64,000 nucleotides of DNA from Candidatus Muiribacteriota bacterium (GTDB lineage: Bacteria > Muiribacteriota > Muiribacteriia > Muiribacteriales > Muiribacteriaceae): contig JBNJGP010000001.1 of NCBI GenBank assembly GCA_051747805.1, forward strand, positions 5,281-69,280. The letters run 5' to 3'. Under the pieces are notes generated by a model. That model did no database searches. It was not told the DNA's origin and saw only the letters and a program-made list of their open reading frames with translations. The first letter of the stretch is position 1, and each line of letters begins with the position of its first letter. Below, piece by piece: positions 48,061 through 57,290 of this stretch. Made by a program: the position numbers and the translations under genes.

Positions 48061-48456
48061 ATGAGCAGCGAATTAATTTTAAAAGGATTATCGGTTAGTG
48101 TAACTGGTGTTGTGGTTGTATTTTCAATACTTATTTTAATTTCAGTTGTTATTTATTTATTGCAGTTTTTAAACCCGGAACTCCGTAAAAATAAGGTAAA
48201 AGCCTCTCTCAATGAGTCAGAAACTGAATCTAACAAACAAGTTTCAGATGAGGAAGTTAAGGAAGAAGAAATTATAGCTGTAATATCGGCGGCTGTCAGT
48301 GTGCTTTTTTCTGGAAGAAATTTCAGCATAAAATCTGTTAGAGAAGCTAAAAATAATTTGCAGCTAAAGCATAAAAATCTTAACATGTGGGGAAAATACG
48401 GAAGAATGAACGTTATGACCACCCATCAAAATTTTGGAAAAGGCAGGTTACGATAA
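48061..48456 (+). CDS. OadG-family small membrane subunit (gamma/delta) of Na+-translocating decarboxylase
   Basis: MSSELILKGLSVSVTGVVVVFSILILISVVIYLL single TM, OadG-like. RBS GGAGAA. Confidence 0.7.
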   Translation: MSSELILKGLSVSVTGVVVVFSILILISVVIYLLQFLNPELRKNKVKASLNESETESNKQVSDEEVKEEEIIAVISAAVSVLFSGRNFSIKSVREAKNNLQLKHKNLNMWGKYGRMNVMTTHQNFGKGRLR

Positions 48457-48806
48457 TGGAAAAATTAAAAGTAAAAGTCAATGGCAAGGTTTATGATGTT
48501 GAGGTTGAATTTGAAGGGGGCGCTCCAAGAGAGGCTCGACCTGCATCAGACAAATCTAAAACATCTGTAACAGAATCTAGCACACCTGCTTCAAACGGAG
48601 AAGGAATTTCATCACCAATTGCTGGTGTAGTAAAAGAAGTTAAAGTTAAAAAAGGAGAAAGTGTAAAAGAAAATCAGGTTGTTGCAGTACTTGAGGCAAT
48701 GAAAATGAACACAAATGTTGTGGCAGAAACATCAGGTACAGTTAAAAATATAAAAGTGAACTCAGGCGACTCTGTTACACAAGGACAAGTTCTTATTGAA
48801 TTATAA
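48456..48806 (+). CDS. Biotin carboxyl carrier protein subunit of Na+-translocating decarboxylase
   Basis: Biotinyl domain with EAMKM motif (VAVLEAMKMNTNVVAETSGTV). ATG overlaps the upstream stop (TAATG). The ORF-track GTG start at 48387 overlaps the preceding gene. Confidence 0.8.
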   Translation: MEKLKVKVNGKVYDVEVEFEGGAPREARPASDKSKTSVTESSTPASNGEGISSPIAGVVKEVKVKKGESVKENQVVAVLEAMKMNTNVVAETSGTVKNIKVNSGDSVTQGQVLIEL

Positions 48807-48826
48807 TAATTTTTAAGAGGTATAAT

Positions 48827-49966
48827 ATGTCAGAAATATTTGAAATGTTGTTAGAATTTTTTAGAAACAGCGGGTTTACTCAGCTTGACCCTCTTCAGAT
48901 TATAATGGTACTTGTAGGATTTTTACTGATATATCTTGGTATAAAAAAAGAGTTTGAACCTATGCTGCTGATACCAATTGGTTTTGGAGCAGTTATTATT
49001 AACCTGCCTGGTGTAACTTTGATGAATCCTCCGGTAGGTGATCAGGCCGGCGGTCTATTCTATTATATTTATCAGGGCGTAAAGCTTGAAATTTTCCCGC
49101 CTATTATTTTTATGGGGGTGGGCGCCCTTACAGATTTTTCGCCTTTAATTGCTCATCCAAAAACTTTTTTGCTTGGTGCTGCGGCTCAGATTGGTATTTT
49201 TTTAACTTTTTTTGGTTCAATTCTACTTGGATTTACCGGACAGCAGGCAGCTTCTATCGGTATAATTGGTGGGGCAGACGGACCTACAGCAATATTTACA
49301 ACCTCCAGACTGGCACCTGAGCTTATTGGCCCTATTGCTGTTGCAGCATACTCCTATATGGCTTTAGTCCCTTTAATTCAGCCTCCTATTATGAAACTGC
49401 TTACAACAAAAAAAGAAAGAAATATTGTTATGAAAAACCTGAGGGAAGTTTCAAAGGCTGAAAGGGTTATATTTCCGATTGCAGCAATGCTTGTTTGTAT
49501 ATTTTTTGTTCCTGCCTCGGCTCCGTTAATAGCAATGCTCATGTTTGGAAATCTTCTGCGCGAATCGGGTGTTGTCGAGAGACTTTCGAGTGCTGCTCAA
49601 AATGAAATTATTAATATAACAACTATCTTTCTTGGTCTTTCGGTGGGTGTTACAATGACTGCCCACAGTTTTTTGAGAATGGAAACAATGAAAATTATAA
49701 TAATGGGAATGGTGGCTTTTGGACTTTCTACATTTGTAGGAGTTGTTTTTGGAAAAATAATGTGTTTCTTCACAAAAGGAAAAATAAATCCTCTTATAGG
49801 AGCGGCTGGTGTTTCTGCCGTGCCGATGGCAGCTCGTGTTGTGCATAAAGTTGCCTCAGATGAGAATCCCAGAAATTTTCTTCTAATGCACGCAATGGGA
49901 CCTAATGTTGCGGGTGTGATAGGTTCGGCTGTGGCTGCCGGGATTTTAATGTCTATATTTGGATAA
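48827..49966 (+). CDS. Beta subunit (Na+ pump, OadB/MmdB/GcdB family) of Na+-translocating decarboxylase
   Basis: Polytopic membrane protein with GGADGPTAIF and conserved Asp/Ser-rich helices typical of OadB. Confidence 0.85.
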   Translation: MSEIFEMLLEFFRNSGFTQLDPLQIIMVLVGFLLIYLGIKKEFEPMLLIPIGFGAVIINLPGVTLMNPPVGDQAGGLFYYIYQGVKLEIFPPIIFMGVGALTDFSPLIAHPKTFLLGAAAQIGIFLTFFGSILLGFTGQQAASIGIIGGADGPTAIFTTSRLAPELIGPIAVAAYSYMALVPLIQPPIMKLLTTKKERNIVMKNLREVSKAERVIFPIAAMLVCIFFVPASAPLIAMLMFGNLLRESGVVERLSSAAQNEIINITTIFLGLSVGVTMTAHSFLRMETMKIIIMGMVAFGLSTFVGVVFGKIMCFFTKGKINPLIGAAGVSAVPMAARVVHKVASDENPRNFLLMHAMGPNVAGVIGSAVAAGILMSIFG

Positions 49967-49978
49967 ATAAAAAAAATT

Positions 49979-50644
49979 ATGAAACTTAAAATTAAAATAT
50001 TTTATATATTTTCGGTAATAGTATTAACTTTTTCTACAGGGTGTGTTTTTGATATTGAAGACGAAGAAACAAATTGGGTTTCGGGCTGGCATAATGAAAT
50101 CAGATGTACTTCGTTTAAGATTGAAGGAGGTTCTGCCTGGGGTGAAACAAAAGAAACTGTAAATCCATTTTTTGCCGCACTGCCATTTAATAATAGAACA
50201 TATAAAATTTATCATGAAAAAGGGTATGAAACCGCTTTCCCGTTTTCACCCGCTACCTTGAGACAGGAAGTTAAGAATCAGTGGATTGAGATTTATTATG
50301 GTGGAAAAACTGTTTTTGTTCAGTGGCAAGATGTTGGTCCCTGGTTTGTCGAAGATTATGAATATGTTTTTGATACATCTGCTGCTATCAGGCCCAGGGC
50401 CGAAAGTTTTATTGGAGAGAAAGTTGACCGTTTTGGAACCTATTCTCAGCAGGGTTTTGTAGAACCAGGCATATCAAAAAGCATTTGTAATGGGGCTGGA
50501 ATAGATATAAGTCCTGAGGCAATGGAATATTTAACCGGTGAAAAAATGAATCATGTGAAGGTTAGATGGAGGTTCGCCCTTGCCGAAGAGGCACTGCTTT
50601 CTGATCCTCTCAAATTACGCTGGGCTAAAAAAATTAATGAATAA
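49979..50644 (+). CDS. Lipoprotein with RlpA/3D-like double-psi beta-barrel domain (tentative)
   Basis: Lipobox LTFSTGC. IYYGGKTVFVQWQDVGPWF resembles the VxVxNxxNGKSVxVRVNDRGPF core of DPBB domains. Confidence 0.4.
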   Translation: MKLKIKIFYIFSVIVLTFSTGCVFDIEDEETNWVSGWHNEIRCTSFKIEGGSAWGETKETVNPFFAALPFNNRTYKIYHEKGYETAFPFSPATLRQEVKNQWIEIYYGGKTVFVQWQDVGPWFVEDYEYVFDTSAAIRPRAESFIGEKVDRFGTYSQQGFVEPGISKSICNGAGIDISPEAMEYLTGEKMNHVKVRWRFALAEEALLSDPLKLRWAKKINE

Positions 50645-50668
50645 AATTGATTTCAAAAAGGATTAAAA

Positions 50669-51715
50669 ATGATTTTTACTGTTGATATTGGAACAGGAAC
50701 ACAAGATATTATGCTTTATGATTCAGAAGAACGTTTTAAAGAAAATTTAATAAAAATGATTTTTCCATCCTATTCGCTTAAATTTTTTAAAAGAGTAAAA
50801 AGTTTGAAAGGTGATATATTTGTCAGCGGAATGCCTATTGGAGGCGGTCCTTTTAAAAAAGCTCTAAAAAAGCATCTGGAAAAAGGATATAAAGTTGCCC
50901 TGACGCCTCTTGCCGCAAAAACTGTTAGAGATTCAAAAGAAGAAGTCCTTTCAAAGGGATTTGAGATTTTAGAGAAAAATCCAGGTTATGCTAATGAAAT
51001 TTGTCTTGGAGAATTTGATATTGATTTTTATCAAAAAATCTTTGATTATTTTGATAAAAAATGGGACAAAATAGATAAAATTGCAATAGCCTGTCAGGAC
51101 CATGGATTCAGGGATTTAAAAGGGACAGAAAGAGAGTTCAGGCTTGATTTTTTTCAAAAAAGTCTTAAAAAAAATTCTGATGTAAGGTCTTTTTTATATC
51201 ATGGTGATAATATTCCGGATACCTTTATCAGAATGAATTCAATTGCAGAACACATACGGAATCAGGGTTTTAAAAAAGATATTTTTCTTATGGATACTGT
51301 TTTTGCTGCATGTATTGGTGTAACTGAGTCAGAAAGTTTTGATAATTCAAAATTTAATCTTATTTTAAATTTCGGTAATAGTCATACACTTGGAATAATT
51401 ATTAAAGAATACAAGATTTATGCGCTTTTTGAACATCATACAAGATTTTTAAATAAAAAAGTCAAATTAGAAGAACTTATAAATAAATTTATAGAAAAAA
51501 ATCTCAACTCAAAAGAAGTTATGACACAGGAAGGACATGGTGCAATCTATATGTGTAAAGATTTTGACTATGTAAATAATATTTATGTTACCGGTCCACG
51601 CCGGGAAATAGCTCATACAATAAAAAAAGCTTTTATAAAGGCTTCGCCTTGGGGTGATATGATGATTACTGGAAATATTGGACTTATAAAGGCGGTTTCT
51701 TTTTTTTGTAATTAA
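50669..51715 (+). CDS. ASKHA-superfamily-like protein (DUF1786-like), function unknown
   Basis: N-terminus MIFTVDIGTGTQDIMLYD is the phosphate-1-like DxGxGT motif seen in DUF1786. Confidence 0.4.
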   Translation: MIFTVDIGTGTQDIMLYDSEERFKENLIKMIFPSYSLKFFKRVKSLKGDIFVSGMPIGGGPFKKALKKHLEKGYKVALTPLAAKTVRDSKEEVLSKGFEILEKNPGYANEICLGEFDIDFYQKIFDYFDKKWDKIDKIAIACQDHGFRDLKGTEREFRLDFFQKSLKKNSDVRSFLYHGDNIPDTFIRMNSIAEHIRNQGFKKDIFLMDTVFAACIGVTESESFDNSKFNLILNFGNSHTLGIIIKEYKIYALFEHHTRFLNKKVKLEELINKFIEKNLNSKEVMTQEGHGAIYMCKDFDYVNNIYVTGPRREIAHTIKKAFIKASPWGDMMITGNIGLIKAVSFFCN

Positions 51716-51834
51716 AAGGAAAGTGTTATATAATATTTCATTAGATTTTACTCAACAAATTGAATAAGAGTTTGTAAAAAAACTTTAAATAATTACACTT
51801 TTGTTATTAATCTGATTTTAGTCAGGGAGGAATT

Positions 51835-53181
51835 TTGCATTGTAATAAAATAATAATTCTGATAGTAATTCTATTTCAAATGATTTTTATAACTCCTGCA
51901 GAACAAAATAAAGATATAATTGATGAAATTTTTGGCGATGAGCTTGAACGTCAGGAGATGGAGGAAAAAAAAGAAAGTCCGGAATTTTTTATTGAGCTGG
52001 CCAATGAGCAGAAACAAGAAGGAAACTATCGTCAGGCTGCTGATTTATTTAAAAGAGCCTCTGATTTAGACCCGTCAGCTCCGGGAATACGTGCCCAAAG
52101 ATTTAAAATGGAAGCTCTGGCCTATATTAATGAGTACATTTTTGTTATTTATCTTACCGCTTTTATTGTTATTTTTTCTATAATAATGAAAATAGCCTCA
52201 AGTATTTCTAAAAATTCCGACAAAAGAGTAGAAGATAGAAAGAAAAAAGATATAAAAAAATTAAAAGATGCGTTTATGGCAGGTAAATATGATAATGCTA
52301 TAAAAAAAGGTCGTGATATTTTAGAAAAAACTTATGTGTTGTCTATACCTGATAAATTCAATATTTACACTATTTTATCCAAAGCTTATTATAGGAAAAA
52401 AGTTTTTGTTTCTGCTAAAAAATATGCGTACGATGCCCTGAAATTAAAAAGTGCAGCTCCTGAACTGCACGATATTTTATGTAATATTTTTCTGTCTCAG
52501 CGGGAAATGTCTCCAAGGGCCATAAAAGAATACGAAAGAGCCCTTAAAAAGAAACCTAATGATACTAAACTTCTTAAAATCCTTTTTGAATACTATTATG
52601 CTAAAAAAGAGTTATCAGATAATGCTGTGGCAATTTATAATAAAATTTTAAAGTTTTTTCCTGATAAAATTGAAGCCTACGATATGTTATGTCTGCGAGG
52701 CATCAGAAAAAAAGATTTATCCGAAGGGATAATTCCAATTTACGAAACAGTAATAGACCAGCTCAGACCCCATGATATTTCTTTAAAAAATATTTTGCTG
52801 AAAGCATATTTTAATAACAGTAAATATAAAAAGGCTAATAAACTCGTTCGGGAACTTATAGTTCTTCCTGAGTTTATTGAGGATAGAGAAATGCATAAAA
52901 TATTATTTAAAACTTCACAGGCTTTAAATAAATTTGATGAAATGAATAATCTCTATAATGAATTAAAAGAGAAATATCCGGATTCAAAAAGTCTTGCAAA
53001 TATTTATGAGGAGACAAGTTCCAGGCATGAAGATTATCAACTTGAAGAAAAAATTAAAAATAACAAAGATAAAAATCAATCAACTATTAATAAAGGAATA
53101 AAAATATGTACAGTATGTGCACATATAAATGTTCAGGATGCAAAGTTCTGCGAAAAATGCAAAAAGCCTCTAAATATTTAA
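51835..53181 (+). CDS. TPR-repeat membrane protein with C-terminal zinc ribbon
   Basis: TTG start with GGGAGG RBS. N-terminal hydrophobic segment, second TM YIFVIYLTAFIVIFSIIM, then TPR-like helices. C-terminal CTVCAHINVQDAKFCEKCKK. Confidence 0.5.
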   Translation: MHCNKIIILIVILFQMIFITPAEQNKDIIDEIFGDELERQEMEEKKESPEFFIELANEQKQEGNYRQAADLFKRASDLDPSAPGIRAQRFKMEALAYINEYIFVIYLTAFIVIFSIIMKIASSISKNSDKRVEDRKKKDIKKLKDAFMAGKYDNAIKKGRDILEKTYVLSIPDKFNIYTILSKAYYRKKVFVSAKKYAYDALKLKSAAPELHDILCNIFLSQREMSPRAIKEYERALKKKPNDTKLLKILFEYYYAKKELSDNAVAIYNKILKFFPDKIEAYDMLCLRGIRKKDLSEGIIPIYETVIDQLRPHDISLKNILLKAYFNNSKYKKANKLVRELIVLPEFIEDREMHKILFKTSQALNKFDEMNNLYNELKEKYPDSKSLANIYEETSSRHEDYQLEEKIKNNKDKNQSTINKGIKICTVCAHINVQDAKFCEKCKKPLNI

Positions 53182-55679
53182 TTGTTTTTGCATTAATATT
53201 AATTTTTAGCACAGTTTGCTTGGCAGAGAATTTTGAGGATATTCTAAGACAGGGTATTTTATACTTTAATTCAGGTGACTTTAACCGGGCCCTGGATAAC
53301 TTTAAACATGCAGTCAGCATTAAAGAGGATGATTTAAATGCCAGGTATAATCTGGCTGTTACTTATTTTAAGCTTGGAGAATATTCTGAGGCTCTCAAAG
53401 AAACTAATATGATTTTGCAGATATATCCCACTGATGAAGCCACACTGGAACTATTATCTCAGATTAAAAATCAGACTGTTGAAAAGTTAGAGGGCAGAAT
53501 TGAAAGTTTCCCTTATGAGGAAAAATGGTATTTAGATCTCGGAAGAATTTATTTTTTAACTCAGAATTATAATAAAGCTTTTGATATTGTTAATAAAGGT
53601 ATTGAAAATATTTCTGAATCAGCCAAACTTTTTGAGCTTAGAGCAGAAATTTTTCAGAAGCAGGGGGATTTTGATGAGGCTATGCAGGATATAGAAAAGG
53701 CTTTCAGTCTTGCGCCAGATGATCCGTTTATTTTTGAAAAAATGAAGGATATTGTAAAAGAACGCTCTAAATTTGGCGCTTCTTCCGGTTCAGATGATGG
53801 AGAAGAGGTTTCAGAAGTTGGTGATTATGCTGAAAAGTTTTTTGTCCAGGCAAATAACTATTTCAGGGCTAAAAGATGGGAAGAGGCAGAAGAGGCCATA
53901 AAAAAGGCTCTGCGTATTTCTCCTAATAATGCAACATATCAGAGCAGGCTGGAAGAAATAGAAAATGCCAGAAAAAGCTCTGAAAGAGCATCCGAGCTAT
54001 ATTCAGACGGAAGGCAGGAATATCGACTGGGCAGATATTTGCGTGCTGTTTCTACTATAGAGGAGGCACTTTCAATAACTCCCAACGAAATAAATTATAT
54101 AGAGGCCAGTCTTATTATTGTAGAATCTTATAAAGCCCTTAAAAACTATGAAAAAATGATTGAATACTGTTATAAAATTCTTCAGCAGGATAGAAATAAC
54201 TTTCAAATATGGTTATATCTTGCTGATGGTTATTATTTAACTGGAAATTACGAAAATGCTTATGAATACTTTAATAAAATAAAAGAAGATTTTGGAGATT
54301 ATCTTAAATCATATCCTTCTATAAATGAAAATATAAACCGGAGACTCAGGAACATACGTTTATCACGAATGGGACCCATGCTTAGACAGCTTGCGCTGGG
54401 GGGCCTTTTAATACTGGCTCTTGGTATAGTTGTATTTTATTCTCCATTTGTTAAAAAACATCGTAATTATAAAAAGGCAAGAGAAAGTTTTGCTAAAAAA
54501 TCATGGTCTGAGGTTGTAGAATATCTTGAACCTGTTTTAAATTATAAATATGGTCATTTTAAAAAGGTTGAAATATATAAAATGCTTATTTCCGCCTATA
54601 TTTATTTAAGAGATCTTGATAAGGCAGATGAGCTTCTTAAAGAGGGAATGAAAGTTGCTGGTAACAGCGAAGATTTTATAAAATTTTATGCAATGATTGC
54701 GCTAAAAAGAAATGAGTTTACCCCAGAAGCCCTTTATGCCTATAAAGTATATTATAATATTGATAAAACAAATATTAAGCTTTTGAAAATGATTGTAAAA
54801 TATTTATGGGCTAGAAACAGAAATCTCGATTTTAAGCCAGTAATTGACCTTTTTGAGCAGGATAAAATCCCGATTTTAGAAAAAGTTTTCAAAGTAGATA
54901 AAGACAATGTTGAGGTTGTTAATTTACTGGCAGATGAATATGAAAAAAAACAGATTTTTAATAAACAGGCTATTAAAGTTTTTGAAAAGCTGCTTGAGTT
55001 TAATTTTGAAAATATTAAAGTTCATCTACTGCTCGGAAAAGCTTATGTTGCAACCGGAAAGTATGAGGCGGCAGTTAAAGAGGCTAAGTTTATTTTCAGA
55101 CGGGATATAAATAACTCAGAGGCTCATGATATTTTTAAGAAAAGTTATATTGCCCAGGGAAATTATGATCAGCTCTTAATTGAGTATGAGAACCTTCTGC
55201 AAATTGATCCGGGAAATATGTTAATTATAGATTCAATAAAAGATTTAAGAAAAATGAGGGCTAATTATAACGAGGATGTAGAAGAACAGAATCCACAAAA
55301 AGAACCCAGTAATATTTTTAAACATGCCCAGCAACTTTTTAATGAAGGTAAAATAAACGAAAGTATTACTTTGTTTTCTCAGCTTTTTGAAGAGTCGTTC
55401 AAGAAAAAAGAAACAGGTTTTTATTTGACATATGCCTACTTAAAGAAGGATTTACTGGATTTGGCCTATAAACAGTATAAACAATCGGATTTTGACGAGG
55501 AAATTCTGCCTAAAAAAATGAAAGAGCTTATTTACAAGCTGGGCCTTAAATTTGAAGATACCGCTCAATATTCAAAGGCTCTGGAAATGTTTGATAAAAT
55601 ATGTAAAGTAGATATTTCCTATAAAGATGTATTTGAGCGATATGAAAATATTGCCTTAAACCTTGAAGAAACTGGTTAG
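53157..55679 (+). CDS. Large TPR-repeat protein with signal peptide and an internal TM segment
   Basis: MQKASKYLIVFALILIFSTVCLA signal. Many TPR units (e.g. ALDNFKHAVSIKEDDLNARYNLAVTYFKLGEY). Mid-protein TM LALGGLLILALGIVVFY. The start is ambiguous (53106 or 53157) and overlaps the upstream gene by 25-76 nt. Confidence 0.55.
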   Translation: MQKASKYLIVFALILIFSTVCLAENFEDILRQGILYFNSGDFNRALDNFKHAVSIKEDDLNARYNLAVTYFKLGEYSEALKETNMILQIYPTDEATLELLSQIKNQTVEKLEGRIESFPYEEKWYLDLGRIYFLTQNYNKAFDIVNKGIENISESAKLFELRAEIFQKQGDFDEAMQDIEKAFSLAPDDPFIFEKMKDIVKERSKFGASSGSDDGEEVSEVGDYAEKFFVQANNYFRAKRWEEAEEAIKKALRISPNNATYQSRLEEIENARKSSERASELYSDGRQEYRLGRYLRAVSTIEEALSITPNEINYIEASLIIVESYKALKNYEKMIEYCYKILQQDRNNFQIWLYLADGYYLTGNYENAYEYFNKIKEDFGDYLKSYPSINENINRRLRNIRLSRMGPMLRQLALGGLLILALGIVVFYSPFVKKHRNYKKARESFAKKSWSEVVEYLEPVLNYKYGHFKKVEIYKMLISAYIYLRDLDKADELLKEGMKVAGNSEDFIKFYAMIALKRNEFTPEALYAYKVYYNIDKTNIKLLKMIVKYLWARNRNLDFKPVIDLFEQDKIPILEKVFKVDKDNVEVVNLLADEYEKKQIFNKQAIKVFEKLLEFNFENIKVHLLLGKAYVATGKYEAAVKEAKFIFRRDINNSEAHDIFKKSYIAQGNYDQLLIEYENLLQIDPGNMLIIDSIKDLRKMRANYNEDVEEQNPQKEPSNIFKHAQQLFNEGKINESITLFSQLFEESFKKKETGFYLTYAYLKKDLLDLAYKQYKQSDFDEEILPKKMKELIYKLGLKFEDTAQYSKALEMFDKICKVDISYKDVFERYENIALNLEETG

Positions 55680-55686
55680 ATTTTTT

Positions 55687-56613
55687 ATGAAAAAATTTTT
55701 ATTATTTTTAAATATTATATTTTTAAATATATTTATTTTCGGTTTTGAACTTAACGGAACTGTTTTTGATGAAAAACTGCTTCCGATTGAAGGGGCTCAG
55801 ATTAAAACAAGTATTTCGCAAGGTACGTTCTCCTCGTCTGAGGGAAGTTTTTTTCTAGAAGAGCTACCCCCTGAATTTGAGCTTGAAGTATCAAAAGAAG
55901 GTTTTGAAACCTATAATAGAACTGTTAATCTTGTGGATGATTCTACATTTTCAATTATGCTAAAGAAAAATAATAAAAAAACAGTGACTGTTTCAAACCC
56001 TCAACTTTCTACACAGAGTTTATATGGATTAGGCGGAGGATTTAATCTTATTTATCCATATATATTAAATGAAGAAAGCAGTATGTTTACCTATTCCTAT
56101 TTTAGTTTAAGCGGTAGAGATGAAAATGATGAAAAAGTCAGACGTAACAGTAACAGCCTGAAGTATTTAAAAGCTTTTGAAGAAAATATTGAGCTGGCTT
56201 TTTCAATAATTATTTCTGAAGACGAGGAATTTGAAGTGCTTAATGAAGAGAATATTGTTTCTATGAAATATAAATTTGTTGAACTTCCTTTAAGTTTCTT
56301 TGCCTTTAATAGAGGCGGTAACACCTCAATTGGAGTTTCAAATGAATATATTATTGAAGATAATCTTTATAGTATAACTAATTTATATTATAATTTATCT
56401 TCGAATGATTTCATAGTAGATAACGGGCTGTTGTTTATAAAAGAAAATCGCAGAATATGTCTGGAATTGTTAAGAAACAGTAATAATAAACTAACTACTT
56501 ATGTAATAAACTATGATATAGAATTTGAAGATTATACGTTTTCACTGTATCATGGAAATAATAGAGACCTTGATTATCAATACACAGGAATTTCAGCTGG
56601 GTTTATTTTTTAA
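55687..56613 (+). CDS. Small outer-membrane beta-barrel protein with N-terminal CarbopepD_reg-like domain
   Basis: Signal peptide. LNGTVFDEKLLPIEGAQIKTS. The C-terminus ...YQYTGISAGFIF ends in Phe, the OMP beta-barrel signature. Confidence 0.5.
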   Translation: MKKFLLFLNIIFLNIFIFGFELNGTVFDEKLLPIEGAQIKTSISQGTFSSSEGSFFLEELPPEFELEVSKEGFETYNRTVNLVDDSTFSIMLKKNNKKTVTVSNPQLSTQSLYGLGGGFNLIYPYILNEESSMFTYSYFSLSGRDENDEKVRRNSNSLKYLKAFEENIELAFSIIISEDEEFEVLNEENIVSMKYKFVELPLSFFAFNRGGNTSIGVSNEYIIEDNLYSITNLYYNLSSNDFIVDNGLLFIKENRRICLELLRNSNNKLTTYVINYDIEFEDYTFSLYHGNNRDLDYQYTGISAGFIF

Positions 56614-56741
56614 ATTAGAGCTGGGGTTCGGTTTTAGTAACATTGACCTTTTTTGTGATTTTTGGGGGGCAGAATTTTAGAAATAATTGTTTTTTTAAGT
56701 GCCTCTCGGGAACAAATACCTTGAAAAAAGGGGAATTTTTT

Positions 56742-57290
56742 ATGAACAGAGAGATTAAAAACAAAATTCTGGATATTGCTTATAAATCTATTTTACATTT
56801 TATTGAAAATAAGGAATTAATTTCTGATTCCCAGCTGAAAATTGATGAAATTAAGGAGCTCAAAGATAAAAGAGGAGCTTTTGTTCTGCTTAAAGATAAA
56901 GAAAGTGATGAGCTTATAGCTTATGAGTATAATATTAATTCTAAAAGGTCTCTATATTTAAACATAAGAGACTTAGCTGTAAAATGTATAAAAAGAGATT
57001 TTAAAGATATTTTGTCCACAGTCGTGGAGCTGAATAAAATTAAGTTTCAAATTATACTTCCTTATAATCTTAAAGCCTGTAGAAAAAAAGAAAATATTGA
57101 AAAATCCAGCCAGGGTATATGTATTCAGTATATGAATAAAACCGCCGCAACTGTTCCTTTTTTAATTAATAAAAAAGAAAAATTAGATAATATACTACAA
57201 AATCTTTGTATTGAGGCAGAACTGCAAAAAGATTTTTATTTGAATGATAATCTTATTTTGTTTACTTTTGATATATTAAATATTTCATGA
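56742..57290 (+). CDS. Hypothetical cytoplasmic protein
   Basis: ATG at 56742 with AAAGGGGAA RBS; the ORF-track start at 56643 lies upstream of the RBS. Stop overlaps the start of the histidine-kinase gene. Confidence 0.45.
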   Translation: MNREIKNKILDIAYKSILHFIENKELISDSQLKIDEIKELKDKRGAFVLLKDKESDELIAYEYNINSKRSLYLNIRDLAVKCIKRDFKDILSTVVELNKIKFQIILPYNLKACRKKENIEKSSQGICIQYMNKTAATVPFLINKKEKLDNILQNLCIEAELQKDFYLNDNLILFTFDILNIS

